The notes under the pieces were generated by a model that saw only the letters and a program-made list of their open reading frames with translations, searched no databases and was not told the origin of the DNA. Shown piece by piece: positions 23,401 to 38,400 of a DNA stretch of 64,000 nt; position 1 is the stretch's first letter, and the number at the start of each line of letters is the position of its first letter. The position numbers and the translations under genes are program-made. Location: contig CAXHJY010000814.1 in assembly GCA_964016885.1 (NCBI GenBank), positions 23,194-87,193 of the forward strand. The letters are read 5' to 3'. Source of the stretch: Eledone cirrhosa (lineage: Eukaryota).

Positions 23401-26400
23401 TCACACCCTTCTATTCATTCAAGCACGAACACAACCTCCGGACCCTGTTCACCCATAGCTCCCTTCCTCATCACATTACAAACACCATCACCCTCCTCCA
23501 CTCATTCAAGTGCAAACACAACCTCCAAAACCACTTCATTCATAGCTCCCTTCCACCTCTTATCACAAACACCATCACACTCCACCTCCACCAAACTCAC
23601 AAACCTCCACACATTCAAGGACGAACGCAACCTCCAGATCTTCCTCATCCATAGCTCCCTTCCTCCTCACATCAAAAAAACACCACCACCTTCCAAGGGT
23701 CCAACACCAAATCCCTTTCTGCATGCCACTCTTTCCACTGCACCTCCTCCAGCTTTGTCTACGGACTCTTTTGAACGGAATCTGGAGTCCCCTATGTCAA
23801 ATGAACGTTGTTTCTCGCTAATATCAAATGAGGACACTGACTCATATCTTGCATTTATCTTAGATGAATACGAGGGAGAATTTCAAGAACAACAACCTCA
23901 AGGAAACAACGAGCGAAATAGGTGACCAAGTGGATTGGGGACTTTGACCCCAGCTTTAACACTGAGTCAGGAATAAAAACAGACACTACCTACTCTGCTC
24001 AAGAAAAGAACAAAGACAACGAGATTCCTAAGACGACTTCACTGATCAGCAGAAATGGGTGAAATACAGGCACCTAATAAAGTCAAACACAGAAGCACCA
24101 AGTCCCACTTTATTAACAGATTCTCAATTATAATTTTCTTATATTGCATGTCATATTAATATAATTTACTTTGTATGACATTTATTGTAATTTTTATTTC
24201 TCTATGGCAATTAAAAAGAAGAAACAAAGAAATTTGATCTAAGAAAAATATGAAAATAGATGCCTGCCATAGCTCCCTTCCTCCTCACATCACAAATACC
24301 ACCACACTCACACCCCTCCACTCATTCCAGCAAGAACACAACCTCCGGAAACTTCTCATCCATAGCTCCCTTACACCTCACCACAAACACCACCACCATC
24401 CAAGGGCCCAAAAGCAAATCCTTCTCTGCCTGGCATTCCTCCTACTGCACCTCCTCCAGCTTTGTCTACGGACTCCTTTGAACGGAATCTGGAGTCCCCT
24501 ATGTCACATGAACGTTGTTTCTCGCTAATATCGAATGAGGACACTCACTCATCCGACAGACATCTTGCATTTATCTTAGATGAATACGAGGGAGAATGTC
24601 AACAACAACAACCACAAGGAAACAACGAGCAAAATAGGTGACCAAGTGGATTGGGGACTTTGACCCCAGCTTTAACACTGAGTCAAGAATACATACAGAT
24701 GCTGTTTACTCTGCTCAAAAAAAGAACAAAGACGAGATTCCTAAGACGACTTCACCGATCAACAGAAATGGGTGAAATACAGGCACCTAATAAAGTCAAA
24801 CACAGAAACACCAAGTCCCACTTTATTAACAGATTCTCAATTATAATTTTCTTATATTGCATGTCATATTAATATAATTTACTTTGTATGACATTTATTG
24901 TAATTTTTATTTCTCTATGGCAATTAAAAAGAAGAAACAAAGAAATTTGATCTTAAAAAATTATGAAAATAGAAGACCGCCATAGCTCCCTTACACCTCA
25001 TATCACAAACACCACCACCCTCTACCACACTCACACCCTTCTATTCATTCAAGCACGAACACAACCTCCGGACCCTGTTCACCCATAGCTCCCTTCCTCA
25101 TCACATTACAAACACCATCACCCTCCTCCACTCATTCAAGTGCAAACACAACCTCCAAAACCACTTCATTCATAGCTCCCTTCCACCTCTTATCACAAAC
25201 ACCATCACACTCCACCTCCACCAAACTCACAAACCTCCACACATTCAAGGACGAACGCAACCTCCAGATCTTCCTCATCCATAGCTCCCTTCCTCCTCAC
25301 ATCAAAAAAACACCACCACCTTCCAAGGGTCCAACACCAAATCCATTTCTGCATGCCACTCTTTCCACTGCACCTCCTCCAGCTTTGTCTACGGACTCTT
25401 TTGAACGGAATCTGGAGTCCCCCATGTCAAATGAACGTTGTTTCTCGCTAATATCAAATGAGGACACTGACTCATATCTTGCATTTATCTTAGATGAATA
25501 CGAGGGAGAATTTCAAGAACAACAACCTCAAGGAAACAACGAGCGAAATAGGTGACCAAGTGGATTGGGGACTTTGACCCCAGCTTTAACACTGAGTCAG
25601 GAATAAAAACAGACACTACCTACTCTGCTCAAGAATAGAACAAAGACAACGAGATTCCTAAGACGACTTCACTGATCAGCAGAAATGGGTGAAATACAGG
25701 CACCTAATAAAGTCAAACACAGAAGCACCAAGTCCCACTTTATTAACAGATTCTCAATTATAATTTTCTTATATTGCATGTCATATTAATATAATTTACT
25801 TTGTATGACATTTATTGTAATTTTTATTTCTCTATGGCAATTAAAAAGAAGAAACAAAGAAATTTGATCTTAAAAAATTATGAAAATAGAAGACCGCCAT
25901 AGCTCCCTTCCTCCTCACATCACAAACACCACCACCACACTCACACCCCTCCACTCATTCCAGCAAGAACACAACCTCCGGAAACTTCTCATCCATAGCT
26001 CCCTTACACCTCACCACAAACACCACCACCATCCAAGGGCCCAAAAGCAAATCCTTCTCTGCCTGGCATTCCTCCTACTGCACCTCCTCCAGCTTTGTCT
26101 ACGGACTCCTTTGAACGGAATCTGGAGTCCCCTATGTCACATGAACGTTGTTTCTCGCTAATATCGAATGAGGACACTCACTCATCCGACAGACATCTTG
26201 CATTTATCTTAGATGAATACGAGGGAGAATTTCAAGAACAACAACCACAAGGAAACAACGAGCAAAATAGGTGACCAAGTGGATTGGGGACTTTGACCCC
26301 AGCTTTAACACTGAGTCAGGAATACATACAGATGCTGTTTACTCTGCTCAAAAAAAGAACAAAGACAACGAGATTCCTAAGACGACTTCACCGATCAACA

Positions 26401-29400
26401 GAAATGGGTGAAATACAGGCACCTAATAAAGTCAAACACAGAAGCACCAAGTCCCATTTTATTAACAGATTCTCAATTATAATTTTCTTATATTGCATGT
26501 CATATTAATATAATTTACTTTGTATGACATTTATTGTAATTTTTATTTCTCTATGGCAATTAAAAAGAAGAAACAAAGAAATTTGATCTTAAAAAATTAT
26601 GAAAATAGAAGACCGCCATAGCTCCCTTACACCTCATATCACAAACACCACCACCCTCTACCACACTCACACCCTTCTATTCATTCAAGCACGAACACAA
26701 CCTCTGGACCCTGTTCACCCATAGCTCCCTTCCTCATCACATTACAAACACCATCACCCTCCTCCACTCATTCAAGTGCAAACACAACCTCCAAAACCAC
26801 TTCATTCATAGCTCCCTTCCACCTCTTATCACAAACACCATCACACTCCACCTCCACCAAACTCACAAACCTCCACACATTCATGGACGAACGCAACCTC
26901 CAGATCTTCCTCATCCATAGCTCCCTTCCTCCTCACATCAAAAAAACACCACCACCTTCCAAGGGTCCAACACCAAATCCCTTTCTGCATGCCACTCTTT
27001 CCACTGCACCTCCTCCAGCTTTGTCTACGGACTCTTTTGAACGGAATCTGGAGTCCCCTATGTCAAATGAACGTTGTTTCTCGCTAATATCAAATGAGGA
27101 CACTGACTCATATCTTGCATTTATCTTAGATGAATACGAGGGAGAATTTCAAGAACAACAACCTCAAGGAAACAACGAGCGAAATAGGTGACCAAGTGGA
27201 TTGGGGACTTTGACCCCAGCTTTAACACTGAGTCAGGAATAAAAACAGACACTACCTACTCTGCTCAAGAATAGAACAAAGACAACGAGATTCCTAAGAC
27301 GACTTCACTGATCAGCAGAAATGGGTGAAATACAGGCACCTAATAAAGTCAAACACAGAAGCACCAAGTCCCACTTTATTAACAGATTCTCAATTATAAT
27401 TTTCTTATATTGCATGTCATATTAATATAATTTACTTTGTATGACATTTATTGTAATTTTTATTTCTCTATGGCAATTAAAAAGAAGAAACAAAGAAATT
27501 TGATCTTAAAAAATTATGAAAATAGAAGACCGCCATAGCTCCCTTCCTCCTCACATCACAAACACCACCACCACACTCACACCCCTCCACTCATTCCAGC
27601 AAGAACACAACCTCCGGAAACTTCTCATCCATAGCTCCCTTACACCTCACCACAAACACCACCACCATCCAAGGGCCCAAAAGCAAATCCTTCTCTGCCT
27701 GGCATTCCTCCTACTGCACCTCCTCCAGCTTTGTCTACGGACTCCTTTGAACGGAATCTGGAGTCCCCTATGTCACATGAACGTTGTTTCTCGCTAATAT
27801 CGAATGAGGACACTCACTCATCCGACAGACATCTTGCATTTATCTTAGATGAATACGAGGGAGAATTTCAAGAACAACAACCACAAGGAAACAACGAGCA
27901 AAATAGGTGACCAAGTGGATTGGGGACTTTGACCCCAGCTTTAACACTGAGTCAGGAATACATACAGATGCTGTCTACTCTGCTCAAAAAAAGAACAAAG
28001 ACAACGAGATTCCTAAGACGACTTCACCGATCAACAGAAATGGGTGAAATACAGGCACCTAATAAAGTCAAACACAGAAGCACCAAGTCCCATTTTATTA
28101 ACAGATTCTCAATTATAATTTTCTTATATTGCATGTCATATTAATATAATTTACTTTGTATGACATTTATTGTAATTTTTATTTCTCTATGGCAATTAAA
28201 AAGAAGAAACAAAGAAATTTGATCTTAAAAAATTATGAAAATAGAAGACCGCCATAGCTCCCTTACACCTCATATCACAAACACCACCACCCTCTACCAC
28301 ACTCACACCCTTCTATTCATTCAAGCACGAACACAACCTCTGGACCCTGTTCACCCATAGCTCCCTTCCTCATCACATTACAAACACCATCACCCTCCTC
28401 CACTCATTCAAGTGCAAACACAACCTCCAAAACCACTTCATTCATAGCTCCCTTCCACCTCTTATCACAAACACCATCACACTCCACCTCCACCAAACTC
28501 ACAAACCTCCACACATTCATGGACGAACGCAACCTCCAGATCTTCCTCATCCATAGCTCCCTTCCTCCTCACATCAAAAAAACACCACCACCTTCCAAGG
28601 GTCCAACACCAAATCCCTTTCTGCATGCCACTCTTTCCACTGCACCTCCTCCAGCTTTGTCTACGGACTCTTTTGAACGGAATCTGGAGTCCCCTATGTC
28701 AAATGAACGTTGTTTCTCGCTAATATCAAATGAGGACACTGACTCATATCTTGCATTTATCTTAGATGAATACGAGGGAGAATTTCAAGAACAACAACCT
28801 CAAGGAAACAACGAGCGAAATAGGTGACCAAGTGGATTGGGGACTTTGACCCCAGCTTTAACACTGAGTCAGGAATAAAAACAGACACTACCTACTCTGC
28901 TCAAGAATAGAACAAAGACAACGAGATTCCTAAGACGACTTCACTGATCAGCAGAAATGGGTGAAATACAGGCACCTAATAAAGTCAAACACAGAAGCAC
29001 CAAGTCCCACTTTATTAACAGATTCTCAATTATAATTTTCTTATATTGCATGTCATATTAATATAATTTACTTTGTATGACATTTATTGTAATTTTTATT
29101 TCTCTATGGCAATTAAAAAGAAGAAACAAAGAAATTTGATCTTAAAAAATTATGAAAATAGAAGACCGCCATAGCTCCCTTCCTCCTCACATCACAAACA
29201 CCACCACCACACTCACACCCCTCCACTCATTCCAGCAAGAACACAACCTCCGGAAACTTCTCATCCATAGCTCCCTTACACCTCACCACAAACACCACCA
29301 CCATCCAAGGGCCCAAAAGCAAATCCTTCTCTGCCTGGCATTCCTCCTACTGCACCTCCTCCAGCTTTGTCTACGGACTCCTTTGAACGGAATCTGGAGT

Positions 29401-32400
29401 CCCCTATGTCACATGAACGTTGTTTCTCGCTAATATCGAATGAGGACACTCACTCATCCGACAGACATCTCGCATTTATCTTAGATGAATACGAGGGAGA
29501 ATTTCAAGAACAACAACCACAAGGAAACAACGAGCAAAATAGGTGACCAAGTGGATTGGGGACTTTGACCCCAGCTTTAACACTGAGTCAGGAATACATA
29601 CAAATGCTGTTTACTCTGCTCAAAAAAAGAACAAAGACAACGAGATTCCTAAGACGACTTCACTGATCAACAGAAATGGGTGAAATACAGGCACCTAATA
29701 AAGTCAAACACAGAAACACCAAGTCCCACTTTATTAACAGATTCTCAATTATAATTTTCTTATATTGCATGTCATATTAATATAATTTACTTTGTATGAC
29801 ATTTATTGTAATTTTTATTTCTCTATGGCAATTAAAAAGAAGAAACAAAGAAATTTGATCTTAAAAAATTATGAAAATAGAAGACCGCCATAGCTCCCTT
29901 ACACCTCATATCACAAACACCACCACCCTCTACCACACTCACACCCTTCTATTCATTCAAGCACGAACACAACCTCCGGACCCTGTTCACCCATAGCTCC
30001 CTTCCTCATCACATTACAAACACCATCACCCTCCTCCACTCATTCAAGTGCAAACACAACCTCCAAAACCACTTCATTCATAGCTCCCTTCCACCTCCTA
30101 TCACAAACACCATCACACTCCACCTCCACCAAACTCACAAACCTCCACACATTCAAGGACGAACGCAACCTCCAGATCTTCCTCATCCATAGCTCCCTTC
30201 CTCCACACATCAAAAAAACACCACCACCTTCCAAGGGCCCAACACCAAATCCCTTTCTGCATGCCGCTCTTTCCACTGCACCTCCTCCAGCTTTGTCTAC
30301 GGACTCTTTTGAACGGAATCTGGAGTCCCCTATGTCAAATGAACGTTGTTTCTCGCTAATATCAAATGAGGACACTGACTCATATCTTGCATTTATCTTA
30401 GATGAATACGAGGGAGAATTTCAAGAACAACAACCTCAAGGAAACAACGAGCGAAATAGGTGACCAAGTGGATTGGGGACTTTGACCCCAGCTTTAACAC
30501 TGAGTCAGGAATAAAAACAGACACTACCTACTCTGCTCAAGAAAAGAACAAAGACAACGAGATTCCTAAGACGACTTCACTGATCAGCAGAAATGGGTGA
30601 AATACAGGCACCTAATAAAGTCAAACACAGAAGCACCAAGTCCCACTTTATTAACAGATTCTCAATTATAATTTTCTTATATTGCATGTCATATTAATAT
30701 AATTTACTTTGTATGACATTTATTGTAATTTTTATTTCTCTATGGCAATTAAAAAGAAGAAACAAAGAAATTTGATCTAAGAAAAATATGAAAATAGATG
30801 CCTGCCATAGCTCCCTTCCTCCTCACATCACAAATACCACCACACTCACACCCCTCCACTCATTCCAGCAAGAACACAACCTCCGGAAACTTCTCATCCA
30901 TAGCTCCCTTACACCTCACCACAAACACCACCACCATCCAAGGGCCCAAAAGCAAATCCTTCTCTGCCTGGCATTCCTCCTACTGCACCTCCTCCAGCTT
31001 TGTCTACGGACTCCTTTGAACGGAATCTGGAGTCCCCTATGTCACATGAACGTTGTTTCTCGCTAATATCAAATGAGGACACTCACTCATCCGACAGACA
31101 TCTTGCATTTATCTTAGATGAATACGAGGGAGAATTTCAAGAACAACAACCACAAGGAAACAACGAGCAAAATAGGTGACCAAGTGGATTGGGGACTTTG
31201 ACCCCAGCTTTAACACTGAGTCAGGAATACATACAAATGCTGTTTACTCTGCTCAAAAAAAGAACAAAGACAACGAGATTCCTAAGACGACTTCACCGAT
31301 CAGCAGAAATGGGTGAAATACAGGCACCTAATAAAGTCAAACACAGAAACACCAAGTCCCACTTTATTAACAGATTCTCAATTATAATTTTCTTATATTG
31401 CATGTCATATTAATATAATTTACTTTGTATGACATTTATTGTAATTTTTATTTCTCTATGGCAATTAAAAAGAAGAAACAAAGAAATTTGATCTTAAAAA
31501 ATTATGAAAATAGAAGACCGCCATAGCTCCCTTCCTCCTCACATCACAAACACCACCACCCTCTACCACACTCACACCCTTCTATTCATTCAAGCACGAA
31601 CACAACCTCCGGACCCTGTTCACCCATAGCTCCCTTCCTCATCACATTACAAACACCATCACCCTCCTCCACTCATTCAAGTGCAAACACAACCTCCAAA
31701 ACCACTTCATTCATAGCTCCCTTCCACCTCTTATCACAAACACCATCACACTCCACCTCCACCAAACTCACAAACCTCCACACATTCAAGGACGAACGCA
31801 ACCTCCAGATCTTCCTCATCCATAGCTCCCTTCCTCCTCACATCAAAAAAACACCACCACCTTCCAAGGGTCCAACACCAAATCCCTTTCTGCATGCCAC
31901 TCTTTCCACTGCACCTCCTCCAGCTTTGTCTACGGACTCTTTTGAACGGAATCTGGAGTCCCCTATGTCAAATGAACGTTGTTTCTCGCTAATATCAAAT
32001 GAGGACACTGACTCATATCTTGCATTTATCTTAGATGAATACGAGGGAGAATTTCAAGAACAACAACCTCAAGGAAACAACGAGCGAAATAGGTGACCAA
32101 GTGGATTGGGGACTTTGACCCCAGCTTTAACACTGAGTCAGGAATAAAAACAGACACTACCTACTCTGCTCAAGAAAAGAACAAAGACAACGAGATTCCT
32201 AAGACGACTTCACTGATCAGCAGAAATGGGTGAAATACAGGCACCTAATAAAGTCAAACACAGAAGCACCAAGTCCCACTTTATTAACAGATTCTCAATT
32301 ATAATTTTCTTATATTGCATGTCATATTAATATAATTTACTTTGTATGACATTTATTGTAATTTTTATTTCTCTATGGCAATTAAAAAGAAGAAACAAAG

Positions 32401-35400
32401 AAATTTGATCTAAAAAAAATATGAAAATAGAAGCCTGCCATAGCTCCCTTCCTCCTCACATCACAAATACCACCACACTCACACCCCTCCACTCATTCCA
32501 GCAAGAACACAACCTCCGGAAACTTCTCATCCATAGCTCCCTTACACCTCACCACAAACACCACCACCATCCAAGGGCCCAAAAGCAAATCCTTCTCTGC
32601 CTGGCATTCCTCCTACTGCACCTCCTCCAGCTTTGTCTACGGACTCCTTTGAACGGAATCTGGAGTCCCCTATGTCACATGAACGTTGTTTCTCGCTAAT
32701 ATCGAATGAGGACACTCACTCATCCGACAGACATCTTGCATTTATCTTAGATGAATACGAGGGAGAATTTCAAGAACAACAACCACAAGGAAACAACGAG
32801 CAAAATAGGTGACCAAGTGGATTGGGGACTTTGACCCCAGCTTTAACACTGAGTCAAGAATACATACAAATGCTGTTTACTCTGCTCAAAAAAAGAACAA
32901 AGACAACGAGATTCCTAAGACGACTTCACCGATCAACAGAAATGGGTGAAATACAGGCACCTAATAAAGTCAAACACAGAAGCACCAAGTCCCACTTTAT
33001 TAACAGATTCTCAATTATAATTTTCTTATATTGCATGTCATATTAACATAATTTACTTTGTATGACATTTATTGTAATTTTTATTTCTCTAAGGCAATTA
33101 AAAAGAAGAAACAAAGAAATTTGATCTTAAAAAATTATGAAAATAGAAGACCGCCATAGCTCCCTTACACCTCATATCACAAACACCACCACCCTCTACC
33201 ACACTCACACCCTTCTATTCATTTATGCACGAACACAACCTCCGGACCCTGTTCACCCATAGATCCCTTCCTCATCACATTACAGACACCATCACCCTCC
33301 TCCACTCATTCAAGTGCAAACACAACCTCCAAAACCACTTCATTCATAGCTCCCTTCCACCTCCTATCACAAACACCATCACACACCACCTCCACCAAAC
33401 TCACAAACCTCCACACATTCAAGGACGAACGCAACCTCCAGATCTTCCTCATCCATAGCTCCCTTCCTCCTCACATCAAAAAAACACCACCACCTTCCAA
33501 GGGCCCAACACCAAATCCTTCTCTGCCTGGCATTCCTCCTACTGCACCTCCTCCAGCTTTGTCTACGGACTCTTTTGAACGGAATCTGGAGTCCCCTATG
33601 TCAAATGAACGTTGTTTCTCGCTAATATCAAATGAGGACACTGACTCATCCGACAGACATCTTGCATTTATCTTAGATGAATACGAGGGAGAATTTCAAG
33701 AACAACAACCTCAAGGAAACAACGAGCGAAATAGGTGACCAAGTGGATTGGGGACTTTGACCCCAGCTTTAACACTGAGTCAGGCATACAAACAAACACT
33801 ACTCTGCTCAAAAAAAGAACAAAGACAACGAGATTCCTAAGACGACTTCACTGATCAGCAGAAATGGGTGAAATACAGGCACCTAATAAAGTCAAACACA
33901 GAAACACCAAGTCCCACTTTATTAACAGATTCTCAATTATAATTTTCTTATATTGCATGTCATATTAATATAATTTACTTTGTATGACATTTATTGTAAT
34001 TTTTATTTCTCTATGGCAATTAAAAAGAAGAAACAAAGAAATTTGATCTAAGAAAAATATGAAAATAGATGCCTGCCATAGCTCCCTTCCTCCTCACATC
34101 ACAAATACCACCACACTCACACCCCTCCACTCATTCCAGCAAGAACACAACCTCCGGAAACTTCTCATCCATAGCTCCCTTACACCTCACCACAAACACC
34201 ACCACCATCCAAGGGCCCAAAAGCAAATCCTTCTCTGCCTGGCATTCCTCCTACTGCACCTCCTCCAGCTTTGTCTACGGACTCCTTTGAACGGAATCTG
34301 GAGTCCCCTATGTCACATGAACGTTGTTTCTCGCTAATATCGAATGAGGACACTCACTCATCCGACAGACATCTCGCATTTATCTTAGATGAATACGAGG
34401 GAGAATGTCAACAACAACAACCACAAGGAAACAACGAGCAAAATAGGTGACCAAGTGGATTGGGGACTTTGACCCCAGCTTTAACACTGAGTCAAGAATA
34501 CATACAGATGCTGTTTACTCTGCTCAAAAAAAGAACAAAGACATCGAGATTCCTAAGACGACTTCACCGATCAACAGAATTGGGTGAAATACAGGCACCT
34601 AATAAAGTCAAACACAGAAACACCAAGTCCCACTTTATTAACAGATTCTCAATTATAATTTTCTTATATTGCATGTCATATTAATATAATTTACTTTGTA
34701 TGACATTTATTGTAATTTTTATTTCTCTATGGCAATTAAAAAGAAGAAACAAAGAAATTTGATCTTAAAAAATTATGAAAATAGAAGACCGCCATAGCTC
34801 CCTTCCTCCTCACATCACAAACACCACCACCCTCTACCACACTCACACCCTTCTATTCATTCAAGCACGAACACAACCTCCGGACCCTGTTCACCCATAG
34901 CTCCCTTCCTCATCACATTACAAACACCATCACCCTCCTCCACTCATTCAAGTGCAAACACAACCTCCAAAACCACTTCATTCATAGCTCCCTTCCACCT
35001 CCTATCAGAAACACCATCACACTCCACCTCCACCAAACTCACAAACCTCCACACATTCAAGGTCGAACGCAAACTCCAGATCTTCCTCATCCATAGCTCC
35101 CTTCCTCCTCACATCAAAAAAACACCACCACCTTCCAAGGGTCCAACACCAAATCCCTTTCTGCATGCCACTCTTTCCACTGCACCTCCTCCAGCTTTGT
35201 CTACGGACTCTTTTGAACGGAATCTGGAGTCCCCTATGTCAAATGAACGTTGTTTCTCGCTAATATCAAATGAGGACACTGACTCATCCGACGAATATCT
35301 TGCATTTATCTTAGATGAATACGAGGGAGAATTTCAAGAACAACAACCTCAAGGAAACAACGAGCGAAATAGGTGACCAAGTGGATTGGGGACTTTGACC

Positions 35401-38400
35401 CCAGCTTTAACACTGAGTCAGGAATAAAAACAAACGCTACCTACTCTGCTCAAGAAAAGAACAAAGACAACGAGATTCCTAAGACGACTTCACTGATCAG
35501 CAGAAATGGGTGAAATACAGGCACCTAATAAAGTCAAACACAGAAGCACCAAGTCCCACTTTATTAACAGATTCTCAATTATAATTTTCTTATATTGCAT
35601 GTCATATTAACCTAATTTACTTTGTATGACATTTATTGTAATTTTTATTTCTCTAAGGCAATTAAAAAGAAGAAACAAAGAAATTTGATCTAAGAAAACT
35701 ATGAAAATAGATGCCTGCCATAGCTCCCTTCCTCCTCACATCACAAATACCACCACACTCACACCCCTCCACTCATTCCAGCAAGAACACAACCTCCGGA
35801 AACTTCTCATCCATAGCTCCCTTACACCTCACCACAAACACCACCACCATCCAAGGGCCCAAAAACAAATCCTTCTCTGCCTGGCATTCCTCCTACTGCA
35901 CCTCCTCCAGCTTTGTCTACGGACTCCTTTGAATGGAATCTGGAGTCCCCTATGTCACATGAACGTTGTTTCTCGCTAATATCGAATGAGGACACTCACT
36001 CATCCGACAGACATCTTGCATTTATCTTAGATGAATACGAGGGAGAATTTCAAGAACAACAACCACAAGGAAACAACGAGCAAAATAGGTGACCAAGTGG
36101 ATTGGGGACTTTGACCCCAGCTTTAACACTGAGTCAAGAATACATACAAATGCTGTTTACTCTGCTCAAAAAAAGAACAAAGACAACGAGATTCCTAAGA
36201 CGACTTCACCGATCAACAGAAATGGGTGAAATACAGGCACCTAATAAAGTCAAACACAGAAACACCAAGTCCCACTTTATTAACAGATTCTCAATTATAA
36301 TTTTCTTATATTGCATGTCATATTAATATAATTTACTTTGTATGACATTTATTGTAATTTTTATTTCTCTATGGCATTTAAAAAGAAGAAACAAAGAAAT
36401 TTGATCTTAAAAAATTATGAAAATAGAAGACCGCCATAGCTCCCTTACACCTCATATCACAAACACCACCACCCTCTACCACACTCACACCCTTCTATTC
36501 ATTCAAGCACGAACACAACCTCCGGACCCTGTTCACCCATAGCTCCCTTCCTCATCACATTACAAACACCATCACCCTCCTCCACTCATTCAAGTGCAAA
36601 CACAACCTCCAAAACCACTTCATTCATAGCTCCCTTCCACCTCTTATCACAAACACCATCACACTCCACCTCCACCAAACTCACAAACCTCCACACATTC
36701 AAGGACGAACGCAACCTCCAGATCTTCCTCATCCATAGCTCTCTTCCTCCTCACATCAAAAAAACACCACCACCTTCCAAGGGTCCAACACCAAATCCCT
36801 TTCTGCATGCCACTCTTTCCACTGCACCTCCTCCAGCTTTGTCTACGGACTCTTTTGAACGGAATCTGGAGTCCCCTATGTCAAATGAACGTTGTTTCTC
36901 GCTAATATCAAATGAGGACACTGACTCATATCTTGCATTTATCTTAGATGAATACGAGGGAGAATTTCAAGAACAACCTCAAGGAAACAACGAGCGAAAT
37001 AGGTGACCAAGTGGATTGGGGACTTTGACCCCAGCTTTAACACTGAGTCAGGCATACAAACAAACACTACTCTGCTCAAAAAAAGAACAAAGACAACGAG
37101 ATTCCTAAGACGACTTCACTGATCAGCAGAAATGGGTGAAATACAGGCACCTAATAAAGTCAAACACAGAAACACCAAGTCCCACTTTATTAACAGATTC
37201 TCAATTATAATTTTCTTATATTGCATGTCATATTAATATAATTTACTTTGTATGACATTTATTGTAATTTTTATTTCTCTATGGCAATTAAAAAGAAGAA
37301 ACAAAGAAATTTGATCTAAGAAAAATATGAAAATAGATGCCTGCCATAGCTCCCTTCCTCCTCACATCACAAATACCACCACACTCACACCCCTCCACTC
37401 ATTCCAGCAAGAACACAACCTCCGGAAACTTCTCATCCATAGCTCCCTTACACCTCACCACAAACACCACCACCATCCAAGGGCCCAAAAGCAAATCCTT
37501 CTCTGCCTGGCATTCCTCCTACTGCACCTCCTCCAGCTTTGTCTACGGACTCCTTTGAACGGAATCTGGAGTCCCCTATGTCACATGAACGTTGTTTCTC
37601 GCTAATATCGAATGAGGACACTCACTCATCCGACAGACATCTCGCATTTATCTTAGATGAATACGAGGGAGAATGTCAACAACAACAACCACAAGGAAAC
37701 AACGAGCAAAATAGGTGACCAAGTGGATTGGGGACTTTGACCCCAGCTTTAACACTGAGTCAAGAATACATACAGATGCTGTTTACTCTGCTCAAAAAAA
37801 GAACAAAGACATCGAGATTCCTAAGACGACTTCACCGATCAACAGAATTGGGTGAAATACAGGCACCTAATAAAGTCAAACACAGAAACACCAAGTCCCA
37901 CTTTATTAACAGATTCTCAATTATAATTTTCTTATATTGCATGTCATATTAATATAATTTACTTTGTATGACATTTATTGTAATTTTTATTTCTCTATGG
38001 CAATTAAAAAGAAGAAACAAAGAAATTTGATCTTAAAAAATTATGAAAATAGAAGACCGCCATAGCTCCCTTACACCTCATATCACAAACACCACCACCC
38101 TCTACCACACTCACACCCTTCTATTTATTCAAGCACGAACACAACCTCCGGACCCTGTTCACCCATAGCTCCCTTCCTCATCACATTACAAACACCATCA
38201 CCCTCCTCCACTCATTCAAGTGCAAACACAACCTCCAAAACCACTTCATTCATAGCTCCCTTCCACCTCTTATCACAAACACCATCACACTCCACCTCCA
38301 CCAAACTCACAAACCTCCACACATTCAAGGACGAACGCAACCTCCAGATCTTCCTCATCCATAGCTCCCTTCCTCCTCACATCAAAAAAACACCACCACC